Below, in pieces: positions 17,327-27,159 of a stretch of 64,000 nucleotides of DNA (position 1 is its first letter; every line of letters starts with the position of its first letter). Source of the DNA: Minisyncoccota bacterium (GTDB lineage Bacteria > Patescibacteriota > Minisyncoccia > Phycocordibacterales > UBA6065); the NCBI GenBank assembly GCA_041661645.1, contig JBAZUA010000005.1:14829-78828 (forward strand), written 5' to 3'. A program made the translations under genes and the position numbers. Below the pieces are notes generated by a model that was not told the origin of the DNA, ran no database searches, and worked only from the letters and a program-made list of their open reading frames with translations.

Positions 17327-20155
17327 ATGAAGCAGTACGATCACAGGAAAATAGAAGGGAAGTGGCAGGAGGAGTGGGAGAAGGCCGACATATATGCGGC
17401 CAATGACGCGAGCGACAAGAAGAAGTTCTACCCGCTCGTCGAGTTTCCCTTCCCATCAGGCTCGGGCCTCCACACGGGCCATATCCGCAGCTATACCGCC
17501 ATGGACATCGTCGCCCGCAAGCATCGCATGCAGGGCGAGAACGTCCTCTATCCCATAGGATGGGATGCCTTTGGCCTGCCCACCGAGAACTATGCCATCA
17601 AGACGGGCCGTCAGCCCAAGGACGTGACCAAGGAGAATACCGACAATTTCCGCAGGCAGCTCAAATCGCTCGGCCTCTCCTTTGACTGGTCGCGCGAGGT
17701 GAACACCACCGACCCCGAATATTTCAAGTGGACTCAGTGGATTTTCCTCAAGATGTACGAGAAGGGCCTGGCGTACAAGGCCAAGATTGCAATAAACTGG
17801 TGTCCCAAGGACAAGATCGGCCTGGCGAACGAGGAGGTGGTCAACGGCTGCTGCGAGCGCTGTGGCACGCCTGTCGAGCAGCGCGAGAAGGAGCAGTGGA
17901 TGCTTGCCATCACCAAATACGCGGATCGCCTTTATGACGATCTCGACGGCGTGGATTACCTCGAGCGCATCAAGATTCAGCAAAGGAATTGGATCGGCCG
18001 CTCCGAGGGCGCAGAGATAAGTTTCCCCGTAAAGGATTCTAAAGAAAATATACAGGTGTTCACGACTCGTCCCGACACCCTGTTCGGCGTCACCTACGTC
18101 GTGCTCGCCCCTGAACACCCGCTTGTCTCGAGGCTTTCTGCCGCGAATCGGGACGCTGTCGATTCCTACGTCTCGTCTGCGTCGAAGAAGGACGAGATAG
18201 AGAGAACGGACGCGAAGAAGGAGAAGACGGGTGTTCGACTCGAGGGGGTCGTTGCCGTGAATCCTGCAAATGGCGTGGAAGTGCCGGTGTTCGTCGCCGA
18301 TTACGTGCTCGCCCAATACGGAACGGGTGCCGTCATGGCGGTCCCGGCACATGATGAGCGTGATCTGAGTTTTGCCAAGAAATACGATCTGCCGATTCGT
18401 CTCGTCATCGAGCCCCTCTTCGTAAAGACGGATGGGGTTGATGCCGTCAGGAGCGACAAGCCCTTCGTGGAGCGAACCGCGGCACTCTGCATCGTAAAGC
18501 ACTGGTCAGAGGATACGTATCTCTGCTCGAAATGGAAATCGAATGACTGGCAGGGTTTCATCACGGGCGGCGTCGAGGATGGCGAGAGCGTGGCCCTTGC
18601 CGCGGAAAGGGAGATTGCCGAAGAGACTGGCTACAAGAGCGCGAAATACGTCCGAACCTGCGGCAGGCTCCATTCCCAGTTCTATCATGGGGTGAAGGGC
18701 GTCAACAGGTTCGCTCATTTTGACGTCGTATATCTCGAACTCCAGGATGGCGATGTTGCCGAAATGGCCCAGGAGGAAAAGGATCTCCATGACGTGCATT
18801 GGGTCTCAAGGTCTGATGTGAGGAATTTCGTCAATCGTGAGGATATGAAAACCGCGTGGGATATGTTTTCTGGAAGCCAATGCCTCACGGGCGATGGCAT
18901 CCTCGCCAACTCGGGCGCATTCGACGGATTGGATTCCGAGGGTGCCCGTAGGAAGATAACCGATGCGGTAGGGGGGTCGTGGGTCAAGAAGTTCAAGCTC
19001 CGCGACTGGGTGTTCTCCCGTCAGCGCTATTGGGGCGAGCCGATGCCGATGATTTACTGTGCGCGGTGCGGCTGGGTTCCCGTGCCTGAAAAGGATCTGC
19101 CTGTCGAATTGCCTGCTGTACAGAAATACGAGCCGACGGATACCGGTGAATCCCCGCTCGCGGCCATCGACGAATGGGTCAACGTCAAATGCCCGAACTG
19201 CTCCGGTCCCGCCCGTCGCGAGACTGACACCATGCCTAACTGGGCAGGCTCTTCGTGGTACTTCCTTCGATATGTCGATCCAAAGAACAAGGAAGTGTTC
19301 GCCGATCCGAAGAAGCTGTCCCTGTGGACCCCCATCGATTGGTACAACGGCGGCATGGAGCACACCACTCTTCACCTCCTCTACTCGCGCTTCTGGCACA
19401 AATTCCTTTTTGACCTTGGCCTCGTCCCCACGAGCGAGCCTTATCTGAAGCGAACCTCGCATGGCATGATTCTGGCCGAGGGCGGCGAGAAGATGTCCAA
19501 GTCTAGGGGCAATGTCATCAATCCCGATGACCTGGTGGACACCTATGGGGCGGACACTCTCCGCGTGTACGAGATGTTCATGGGTCCTTTCGATCAGGCA
19601 ATCTCGTGGGACGGCAGGGGCCTCATCGGACCGCGTCGATTCATCGAGCGTGTCTACTCGCTCGCTCAAGAGGTATCGGGTGAAAGCCTGGGCAGAGAGG
19701 CCGACGTCCTGCTCCAGAAGACCGTGCAGAAGGTCTCTGTCGACATCGAGTCGATGGGCTTCAACACCGCCATATCGGCCCTCATGATACTAGCCAATAA
19801 GCTGGGTGACGAGGCGAACGTGCCCAAGGAGCCTTTCTCAACCTTCCTCCGGCTCCTCGCGCCCTTCGCCCCCCATGTCGCCGAGGAGCTCTGGCACGAT
19901 CTGGGCAATAAGGATTCCATACACATGGCCCCATGGCCGGTCGCCGACCAGTCAAAGCTCGCGGAAGAGGAGTCGACCATCGCCGTGCAGATAAACGGCA
20001 AGGTACGAGCCACCTTTAAGGCATCGAAGGCCGCCACGAAGGATGATCTGGAGGGGGCGGCTTTCAGTCTGGACGAAGTGAAGAAGTGGGTGGGGGAGAA
20101 TAATCCGAAAAAGGTCATCGTGGTGCCGGGCCGGCTCGTGTCGATCGTCATCTGA
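17327..20155 (+). CDS. leuS: Leucine--tRNA ligase with inserted Nudix domain
   Basis: HTGH (HIGH) and KMSKS motifs, editing domain TTRPDT; Nudix box GGVEDGESVALAAEREIAEETGY. Confidence 0.96.
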   Translation: MKQYDHRKIEGKWQEEWEKADIYAANDASDKKKFYPLVEFPFPSGSGLHTGHIRSYTAMDIVARKHRMQGENVLYPIGWDAFGLPTENYAIKTGRQPKDVTKENTDNFRRQLKSLGLSFDWSREVNTTDPEYFKWTQWIFLKMYEKGLAYKAKIAINWCPKDKIGLANEEVVNGCCERCGTPVEQREKEQWMLAITKYADRLYDDLDGVDYLERIKIQQRNWIGRSEGAEISFPVKDSKENIQVFTTRPDTLFGVTYVVLAPEHPLVSRLSAANRDAVDSYVSSASKKDEIERTDAKKEKTGVRLEGVVAVNPANGVEVPVFVADYVLAQYGTGAVMAVPAHDERDLSFAKKYDLPIRLVIEPLFVKTDGVDAVRSDKPFVERTAALCIVKHWSEDTYLCSKWKSNDWQGFITGGVEDGESVALAAEREIAEETGYKSAKYVRTCGRLHSQFYHGVKGVNRFAHFDVVYLELQDGDVAEMAQEEKDLHDVHWVSRSDVRNFVNREDMKTAWDMFSGSQCLTGDGILANSGAFDGLDSEGARRKITDAVGGSWVKKFKLRDWVFSRQRYWGEPMPMIYCARCGWVPVPEKDLPVELPAVQKYEPTDTGESPLAAIDEWVNVKCPNCSGPARRETDTMPNWAGSSWYFLRYVDPKNKEVFADPKKLSLWTPIDWYNGGMEHTTLHLLYSRFWHKFLFDLGLVPTSEPYLKRTSHGMILAEGGEKMSKSRGNVINPDDLVDTYGADTLRVYEMFMGPFDQAISWDGRGLIGPRRFIERVYSLAQEVSGESLGREADVLLQKTVQKVSVDIESMGFNTAISALMILANKLGDEANVPKEPFSTFLRLLAPFAPHVAEELWHDLGNKDSIHMAPWPVADQSKLAEEESTIAVQINGKVRATFKASKAATKDDLEGAAFSLDEVKKWVGENNPKKVIVVPGRLVSIVI

Positions 20156-20241
20156 CCCTCCGAAAGCCCCAAAACATTGACAGACCCCTTGACAGTCCGC
20201 AAAGCTTGACTTAACATGGAACCAATGATAAAAAGATAAAT

Positions 20242-21270
20242 ATGAATTCCCTTACGATCAAACCAAAACAAGTCGTCAAAGCTCTTTTGAAGAGCCTTCC
20301 CGACAGGGCTCAGGAAGTCATCGTCAAACGATACGGCCTTGGCAAGGAAATCGAGAAGATGACCCTTGAAGCCATTGGAAAGTCGTATGGAATTACCCGC
20401 GAGCGAGTTCGACAGATAGAGAACTACGCTATCGCCAACATCCAGAAGTCCAAGGAGTACGAGGCCCAGGCGCCCGCCTTCAAGGAGCTTGAGAACATGA
20501 TCAACACCATGGGCGGAGTCATCGCCGAGGAGGATCTTCTCGATGCCGTGTCAAAGGACGCCAGCACCCAGAACCATTTCTACTTCCTTCTCGTTCTCGG
20601 ACGAACCTTCAAGTGGCAGAAGGAGGATGAGCACTTCAAGCACAGGTGGCACATTGACGACAATCATTCGAAGAAGATCGAGGATGCCCTCCGCAAGCTC
20701 TACAAGAACCTCAAGGATGACGATATCATCCCCGAGTCAGAGATGATCGATACGTTCCTCAACCACATCGAGGACATGAACGATCAGTACAGGAACAACG
20801 AGATCCTCAAGCGATGGCTCTCGGTGTCGAAGAAGGTCGGCAAGAATCCGCTCGGCGAGTGGGGCGTCGCAAGCTCATCGAACATCAAGGCAAAGGGCAT
20901 GCGAGACTATGCCTTCCTCGTCATTCGCAAGCATGGTTCGCCAATCCACTTCCGCGAGGTCGACAAGCAGATCCAAAAGATGTTCGGCAAGACCGCCCAT
21001 GTCGCCACGACTCACAACGAGCTCATCAAGGACCCTCGCTTCGTGCTCGTCGGACGCGGACTCTATGCGCTCTCCGAGTGGGGCTATATGTCAGGCGTGG
21101 TAAAGGATGTCATCCGAAACATCATTGAGAAGAGCGGTCCCCTCACCAAGAAGGAGGTCATCGACAAGGTTCTCAAGGAGCGCTATGTTAAGGAGAACAC
21201 CATACTCGTCAATCTCCAGAACCCTAAATATTTCAAGAAGGACAAAGAGGGGAAGTATTCGATAGCATAA
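20242..21270 (+). CDS. Sigma70 region-4 HTH protein with C-terminal winged-helix (HARE-HTH-like) domains
   Basis: MTLEAIGKSYGITRERVRQIE; HNELIKDPRFVLVGRGLYALSEWG. Confidence 0.8.
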   Translation: MNSLTIKPKQVVKALLKSLPDRAQEVIVKRYGLGKEIEKMTLEAIGKSYGITRERVRQIENYAIANIQKSKEYEAQAPAFKELENMINTMGGVIAEEDLLDAVSKDASTQNHFYFLLVLGRTFKWQKEDEHFKHRWHIDDNHSKKIEDALRKLYKNLKDDDIIPESEMIDTFLNHIEDMNDQYRNNEILKRWLSVSKKVGKNPLGEWGVASSSNIKAKGMRDYAFLVIRKHGSPIHFREVDKQIQKMFGKTAHVATTHNELIKDPRFVLVGRGLYALSEWGYMSGVVKDVIRNIIEKSGPLTKKEVIDKVLKERYVKENTILVNLQNPKYFKKDKEGKYSIA

Positions 21271-21273
21271 GAT

Positions 21274-21302
21274 AAAAATCCCGAGTTCTGCTCGGGATTT
21301 TT
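21274..21302 (+). terminator. Intrinsic terminator
   Basis: AAAAATCCCGAG/CTCGGGATTTTT. Confidence 0.8.
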
Positions 21303-21320
21303 ATTTGATATACTATTCCC

Positions 21321-22556
21321 GTGACCTACATAATCTCTCTTCTCGACTTCGCCCTGACGATCGCCCTGCCTAGCGTAGTCACCTGGCTTTTCTTCTTTGC
21401 GGGGGTTTGGGTGCCGATCATTTTCTTCGAGTGGGCCTGGGGCATGTGGGTTCGCTATGTCAGGTATGCTTGGTACATGAAGGAGCCAAAAATCCTGCTC
21501 GAGATAAAGCTCCCCGCCGAGACCATGAAGTCCCCACTCGCCATGGAGCTGGTGCTCACGGGCCTCTATCAGACGAGCGGCGAGGGAACCCCTATCGATC
21601 GCTATTGGCTGGGCAAGGCAAGACCCTGGTTCTCTCTCGAGATCGCCTCAGTTGACGGCGAGATACATTTCTACATTTGGACTTTCAAGAGCCAGCAGTC
21701 GATCGTCGAGGCAAATATTTATGCCCAGTATCCAGACGTCGAGATACACGAGGCCAAGGACTACACTGAGGCCGTGTTCTTCGATCCGGCGAAATACGAC
21801 ATTATGGGATGTCGCTTTGAGGCAACCGGTCCCGATCCGCTGCCGATAAAGACCTATGTGGACTATGGCCTCGACAAGGATCCCGACGAGGAGTTCAAGG
21901 TTGATCCCATGGCCCCCCTTCTCGAGTTCATGGGTTCCATAAAGAAGGGCCATCAGGCCTGGGTTCAGATCGTCATACGCGCCCATACGGCAGAGAAGAC
22001 GCCGACGAACGAGAAGTATCCAGACCACTGGAAGGACGAGGCCAAGGAGCTCATCGAGGAGATCATGAAGGAGGGCGTCATCGAGAGCGAGGACGACGAG
22101 GAGCCCGCAAAGACGCCTCGCCTGACCTCGGGGCAGAAGGATCGCATCGAGGCCATCGAGCGCAGCGTCTCCAAGTACGCCTTCGACGCGGGCGTGCGAA
22201 TCATCTACATCGCGACCAAGGACATCTTCGACAAGGGAAACGGCGGGGGGCTCATGGGATCCCTCAAGCAGTTCAACGCGCCGCATCTGAATGGCTTCAA
22301 GCCGGCCGAGCCGATGTCGTTTGACTACAAGTGGCAGGACTGGACGGGCAGGAAGCTCCTCAAGCGAAAGATCGAGCATTTCGGCGCGTATTGCTATCGC
22401 GGCTTCTTCCACTATCCGTTCATGAGCAAGCATACCGTCCTCAACACGGAGGAGCTCGCCACCATCTACCACTTCCCAGGCAGTGCCGTCAGGACGCCGA
22501 ACCTCAAGCGCATTCCTTCCAAGCGCGCCGACGCCCCTTCGAACCTTCCCGTATAA
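21321..22556 (+). CDS. Conserved CPR membrane-anchored hypothetical protein
   Basis: N-terminal TM; WFSLEIAS, AQYPDVEI, LNTEELATIYHFP. Confidence 0.75.
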   Translation: MTYIISLLDFALTIALPSVVTWLFFFAGVWVPIIFFEWAWGMWVRYVRYAWYMKEPKILLEIKLPAETMKSPLAMELVLTGLYQTSGEGTPIDRYWLGKARPWFSLEIASVDGEIHFYIWTFKSQQSIVEANIYAQYPDVEIHEAKDYTEAVFFDPAKYDIMGCRFEATGPDPLPIKTYVDYGLDKDPDEEFKVDPMAPLLEFMGSIKKGHQAWVQIVIRAHTAEKTPTNEKYPDHWKDEAKELIEEIMKEGVIESEDDEEPAKTPRLTSGQKDRIEAIERSVSKYAFDAGVRIIYIATKDIFDKGNGGGLMGSLKQFNAPHLNGFKPAEPMSFDYKWQDWTGRKLLKRKIEHFGAYCYRGFFHYPFMSKHTVLNTEELATIYHFPGSAVRTPNLKRIPSKRADAPSNLPV

Positions 22557-22561
22557 CCTTC

Positions 22562-23593
22562 ATGGAAGAACCCTTGCTTTACATACAGGAGCCGACGCCC
22601 CTGCCGCAGCTCCCGGCCCCCAAGTGGTGGCACCGGTTCTATGCCGTTCGCCGTTCCGCGCTCGCGGGGACACTCCTCGCCCTCGTGTTCATGCTCGACT
22701 TCGGTTTCATCGCTTCGGCCCCAAAGGCATTTCCCGTCGACACCGTATTCTCCGTCGCGGCGGGAGAGACTCTCTCGGGCGCGGCGGCGACGCTCCAGTC
22801 GCACGGCCTCATACGCTCCGCGTTCCTCTTCAAGGCCCTTCTCACCGTCTTCGGCGGCAGTACCAGGGGCCTCGTGGCCGGCGACTATTATATGCCTATC
22901 CGAGAGGGTGCCGTCGGCATCGCCTGGAGGCTTTCGCACGGGCAGTATGACCTTCAGAAAAATCGGGTGACCATACCCGAGGGCTTCAGCTCGGTGGACA
23001 TCGCGGCTCGTCTGGCCGCAAGGTTCAATACGTTCAACTCTAAGGAGTTCCTAAGACTCGCCCGGCCGTACGAGGGATATCTTTTTCCCGACACCTATTT
23101 CTTTCTCTCGAATGTCACCGCGGCAGAGGTCGTCAAAGCAATGACCGACAACTATCAGGGCAGGATACAGGGGCTTGCACTTCAGATAGAGGCCTTCGGC
23201 AAGCCAATCAAGGACGTCATCACCATGGCATCGATAGTCGAGGACGAGGCACGCACCGACGAGTCCCGTCGCATGATTGCGGGCATTCTCTGGAAGCGCC
23301 TGAAGATAGGGATGCCCCTTCAGGTGGATGCCGCCTTTGCCTTCGTGAACGGCAAGAAATCGAGCGCTGATCTGACCCTTGATGACCTGGCCATTGATTC
23401 GCCTTACAATACATATAAGAACAGAGGCTTGCCGCCGGGGCCCATATCGAATCCGGGCCTCGCCGCCATCGAGGCAACCGTGAGCCCGACCCCATCCGAA
23501 TATTTCTATTATTTGAGCGACAAGGACGGAGTGATGCACTATGCGGTGACGAATGACGAGCACGTGGCGAACAAGGACAGATATCTCAGATAA
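22562..23593 (+). CDS. mltG: Endolytic transglycosylase MltG
   Basis: TIPEG, EGYLFPDTY, ASIVE, SPYNTY...GLPPGPISNPG. Confidence 0.92.
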   Translation: MEEPLLYIQEPTPLPQLPAPKWWHRFYAVRRSALAGTLLALVFMLDFGFIASAPKAFPVDTVFSVAAGETLSGAAATLQSHGLIRSAFLFKALLTVFGGSTRGLVAGDYYMPIREGAVGIAWRLSHGQYDLQKNRVTIPEGFSSVDIAARLAARFNTFNSKEFLRLARPYEGYLFPDTYFFLSNVTAAEVVKAMTDNYQGRIQGLALQIEAFGKPIKDVITMASIVEDEARTDESRRMIAGILWKRLKIGMPLQVDAAFAFVNGKKSSADLTLDDLAIDSPYNTYKNRGLPPGPISNPGLAAIEATVSPTPSEYFYYLSDKDGVMHYAVTNDEHVANKDRYLR

Positions 23594-23632
23594 GATGTTG
23601 AGGAAGGATTTTTCCCATGGTATCGTTGCGCC

Positions 23633-24727
23633 ATGGAAGGTCAAACTAACCCCATCGGCAAAAAAGTCTTCGTCGGCATGTCCGGCGGCGTGGATTCGTC
23701 GGTCTCGGCCGCACTCCTCAGGGAGCGTGGCTTTGACGTGACGGGTGTCTTCATCAAGGTCTGGCAGCCGGATTGGATGGAATGCACCTGGAGGGAGGAT
23801 CGTCTCGATGCCATGCGCGTAGCCGCTGTCCTCGACATCCCTTTTGTCACCCTCGACCTCGAGAAGGAGTACAAAAGGGAGGTGGTCGACGACATGATCG
23901 CTCAATACAAGGCGGGAAGAACCCCGAACCCCGATGTCCTGTGCAATCGTCACGTGAAGTTCGGCGGGTTCTTTGACTGGGCCATGGCCCAGGGCGCCGA
24001 TTTTGTCGCCACGGGGCATTATGCCCAGGTTCAGGGTGGTGACGCTGTCTCGGGCGCGGTACGGCTGCTTTCTGGCAGGGACTCGGGCAAGGACCAATCT
24101 TATTTTCTCTGGCAGCTTTCAGCCAAGGTCCTTGCGAGGACGCTCTTTCCCGTGGGTGGGATGGAAAAGGCGGAGGTGCGCAGGCTTGCCGTAAAATTCG
24201 ATCTGCCCAATGCCGCAAAGAGGGATAGCCAAGGCCTCTGCTTCGTTGGCAGGGTGGACATGAAGGAGTTTCTCGGCCATTACATAGCGGCCCGCAAGGG
24301 AGGCGTTCTCGATGACTGTGGGGAGGTCATCGGCGAGCATGACGGAGCGATCTTTCTGACCCTCGGCGAACGACGGGGCTTTTCGGTCACGAGGAAGACG
24401 GCGACCGATGCGCCCTATTATGTCACCGCTCGCGATATCGATAAAAACACCGTCACCGTTTCGCATAAGGCCGTGGACGGAAGCCTTCCTGTCGAAAAAA
24501 AGGAAGTCGTCGTAGATGGCCTCAATTGGATAGGGGAGATGCCTGAAATCGACAAACCCTACACCGCCCGCATCCGCCATCTCGGCGAGCTCTTGTCGTG
24601 CGAATTAACCTCGATCAAGAAGGGTCGTGCTGAGCTCACCTTCACTCAGCCCTTGGTCATCTCACCCGGTCAGTCCGTGGTCATCTATAATGGCGAGATC
24701 TGCCTTGGCGGAGGCATTGCTTTATAG
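23633..24727 (+). CDS. mnmA: tRNA 2-thiouridylase MnmA
   Basis: GMSGGVDSSV, PNPDVLCN, ATGHYA, KDQSYFL, DSQGLCF. Confidence 0.96.
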   Translation: MEGQTNPIGKKVFVGMSGGVDSSVSAALLRERGFDVTGVFIKVWQPDWMECTWREDRLDAMRVAAVLDIPFVTLDLEKEYKREVVDDMIAQYKAGRTPNPDVLCNRHVKFGGFFDWAMAQGADFVATGHYAQVQGGDAVSGAVRLLSGRDSGKDQSYFLWQLSAKVLARTLFPVGGMEKAEVRRLAVKFDLPNAAKRDSQGLCFVGRVDMKEFLGHYIAARKGGVLDDCGEVIGEHDGAIFLTLGERRGFSVTRKTATDAPYYVTARDIDKNTVTVSHKAVDGSLPVEKKEVVVDGLNWIGEMPEIDKPYTARIRHLGELLSCELTSIKKGRAELTFTQPLVISPGQSVVIYNGEICLGGGIAL

Positions 24728-24817
24728 TGTAAACAGTGGTATAATAGTCAGTGGAATAATTCCACGCTCAAACATCATATATCAGAGCGTTGTTTGGTTA
24801 GGAAATAAGGAGGTTCT

Positions 24818-25354
24818 ATGAAAAAAACGTCTTTAAAGACAAGCGCGTTCCTGAAGACCTTCAGGGGTGTTCCTGCCTGGGCATTGACTCCCGGCATGGC
24901 ACCAAAGGTCTTCAGGGCGCGGGACCATCAGCTCAGGCTTCTCTCGAGCAGCGTCTATTTTATCGGCTCGATTGGGTTCGTCAGCGTGCTCTATGCCACG
25001 GGAATGATTTCCTGGGGGCTCGCTATCGGTTTGGGTCTCGTCTTTCTCGTCGCCTTCTCCTTCATGACGCAGGAGGTGTTGGACGAGATACAGCTTGATG
25101 AAGCCGAGGCTGGGGAATATTCAAACTGGAAGATTTTCCTCTCCCTCCGTGGGGTTCCCGGGTTCAGTTCCTATAAGACGCCCGAGGATTTCAAAATGGG
25201 ATGCCGGATCCTTCTGACGGCCTTGGCAGCCCAGCCTGAGGGATATCTAAGGCGGCCCTTCCACCAGCGATATGCGATCATGCGTGAGCTCGGCTTTGTC
25301 GATGTCTCCAAGGATCAAATCGAGGAGCTTGCGAGAGCGATCGTTTCGGCGTAG
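24818..25354 (+). CDS. Orphan two-TM protein
   Basis: Promoter GTGGTATAAT near 24737, AGGAGG RBS, terminator at 25374-25404. Confidence 0.6.
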   Translation: MKKTSLKTSAFLKTFRGVPAWALTPGMAPKVFRARDHQLRLLSSSVYFIGSIGFVSVLYATGMISWGLAIGLGLVFLVAFSFMTQEVLDEIQLDEAEAGEYSNWKIFLSLRGVPGFSSYKTPEDFKMGCRILLTALAAQPEGYLRRPFHQRYAIMRELGFVDVSKDQIEELARAIVSA

Positions 25355-25435
25355 GCCCAACGTTCGTTTACCCAAAGCCGCACCACACCAGGTGCGGCTT
25401 TTTTGTCGGCGGTGTCGGTATGGTATGCTATTTCC

Positions 25436-26269
25436 ATGACTAACATAATGGTGGTAAAGCTTAATGGGAAGCTCGAGCCCTTCGACTCGACCAAGCTTAA
25501 CTCGTCTCTTCGAAGCGCGGGGGCGAGCGATGCGCAGGCGTCGGAGATAACCGCCCATATCGAGGGCGAGATCATCGACGGCATGTCGACGAGCGACATC
25601 TATCGCCACGCCTTCGACCTCCTTCACTCTTCGTCAAAGCCCCTCGCCGTCAGATATTCAATGAAGCGCGCCGTCTCAGAGCTCGGTCCCAACGGCTTTC
25701 CTTTCGAGAAGTTCGTGGCCGAGATATTCAAGGCCAAGGGATATGAGGCCGTCACCGATCAGGTCGTCTATGGCGCTTGCGTCGAGCACGAGATGGACGT
25801 GGTCGCCTGGAAGGATGAGGAGCTGCTCATGATCGAGGCGAAATTCCACAATGAGCCGGGCCTCAAATCAGATTTGAAGGTGGCGCTCTATGTGAAGGCC
25901 CGCTTCGACGATCTCAAGGACGAGCTCTTCGACTATGGCGGCAGGAAGAGAAGGCTCACCTCATGGTTTCTTGTCACCAACACCAAGTTCACCGATCATG
26001 CCATCCGCTATGCCCGCTGCAAGGGACTTTCCCTCATCGGCTGGAACTATCCCGAGAAGGGCAATCTCGAGGACCTCATCACTGAGGCGGGGCTTCATCC
26101 GCTGACCTGCCTCACGACCCTCTCCGTGGCCGAGAAGCAGTCTCTCATGTCTTTCGGAATCGTCCTGTGCAGGCAGGTGCGGGAGAACGAGGCACGACTC
26201 GAGCAACTTGGGGTCGCCAAGAAGAAGATCCCGGCCCTGTTCGAGGAGATCAGGGCCGTCTGCTCCTAA
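25436..26269 (+). CDS. ATP-cone + Mrr-like restriction endonuclease domain protein
   Basis: VVKLNGKLEPFD (ATP cone); GFPFEKFV, HEMDVVA, IEAKFH. Confidence 0.8.
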   Translation: MTNIMVVKLNGKLEPFDSTKLNSSLRSAGASDAQASEITAHIEGEIIDGMSTSDIYRHAFDLLHSSSKPLAVRYSMKRAVSELGPNGFPFEKFVAEIFKAKGYEAVTDQVVYGACVEHEMDVVAWKDEELLMIEAKFHNEPGLKSDLKVALYVKARFDDLKDELFDYGGRKRRLTSWFLVTNTKFTDHAIRYARCKGLSLIGWNYPEKGNLEDLITEAGLHPLTCLTTLSVAEKQSLMSFGIVLCRQVRENEARLEQLGVAKKKIPALFEEIRAVCS

Positions 26270-26294
26270 TTTTCGTATCGCAAATCCTCACCCA

Positions 26295-27137
26295 ATGAAA
26301 AACCTCTCGCCGTTTTCCAAAAAAGTACTCAGGGCGGTGAAGGCCATCCCCTCGGGTTCGACTCTCTCATATGGCGAAGTGGCCAGGAAGGTCGGCAATG
26401 CCGGCGCCGCACGCGCCGTCGGCACCCTCATGTCCCACAATCTCGATCTCGCCGTGCCTTGTCATCGGGTCATTCGCGCGGACGGAAAGATCGGCGAGTA
26501 CAACGGCCTTCGCGACGCCAAGGGGCCGAAAGGGAAGCTTGCGGTACTCAGGGCCGAAAAGCTCGAGGTCATACGCGATGAGGTGCTTGCCCTCGCCGAG
26601 TCGCCGCTCTATTCCTATCGCGTCGAGAACGGCTATTTTCCCGTCATAGGCGAGGGAAGCCACACGGCCCATATCATGTTCGTCGGCGAGGCGCCGGGCG
26701 AGACCGAGGCAAAGACCGCCAAGCCTTTTTGCGGTCGCTCGGGCAAGCTCCTCGATGAACTCCTGGCCTCGATCAAGATGGATAGGGCATCGGTATATGT
26801 CACCAATCTCGTGAAGGATCGCCCTCAGGCCAACCGCGACCCCGAGCCTGCCGAGATCGCCCTCTATGCGCCGTTCCTCGAAAGGCAGATCGATATCATC
26901 CAACCCAAGGTCATCGCCACCCTCGGCAGGCATTCGATGAAGTTCGTCTTTGAGAAGTATGGGCTCTCGGCGGAACTGAGGCCCATCTCGAAAATACATG
27001 GCCAGGTATTCCAGGCCATCGCCTCGTACGGCCCCGTCACGGTGGTCGCCCTGTACCATCCCGCCGCGGCCCTCTATAATGGCTCGATGAAGCCGACGCT
27101 GATAGAAGACTTTAAAGTGCTCAGCAAATATAAGTAA
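26295..27137 (+). CDS. MGMT/Ogt-like domain fused to family-4 uracil-DNA glycosylase
   Basis: SYGEVA..ARAVG..VPCHRV, then GEAPG, PFCGRSG, LYHPAA. Confidence 0.85.
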   Translation: MKNLSPFSKKVLRAVKAIPSGSTLSYGEVARKVGNAGAARAVGTLMSHNLDLAVPCHRVIRADGKIGEYNGLRDAKGPKGKLAVLRAEKLEVIRDEVLALAESPLYSYRVENGYFPVIGEGSHTAHIMFVGEAPGETEAKTAKPFCGRSGKLLDELLASIKMDRASVYVTNLVKDRPQANRDPEPAEIALYAPFLERQIDIIQPKVIATLGRHSMKFVFEKYGLSAELRPISKIHGQVFQAIASYGPVTVVALYHPAAALYNGSMKPTLIEDFKVLSKYK

Positions 27138-27159
27138 GACACGCTAACTATTTTTCATT

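Noticed and set aside
25436-26269. Restriction-modification or defence island
   Set aside because: A solitary ATP-cone/Mrr-like gene with no methyltransferase or partner genes
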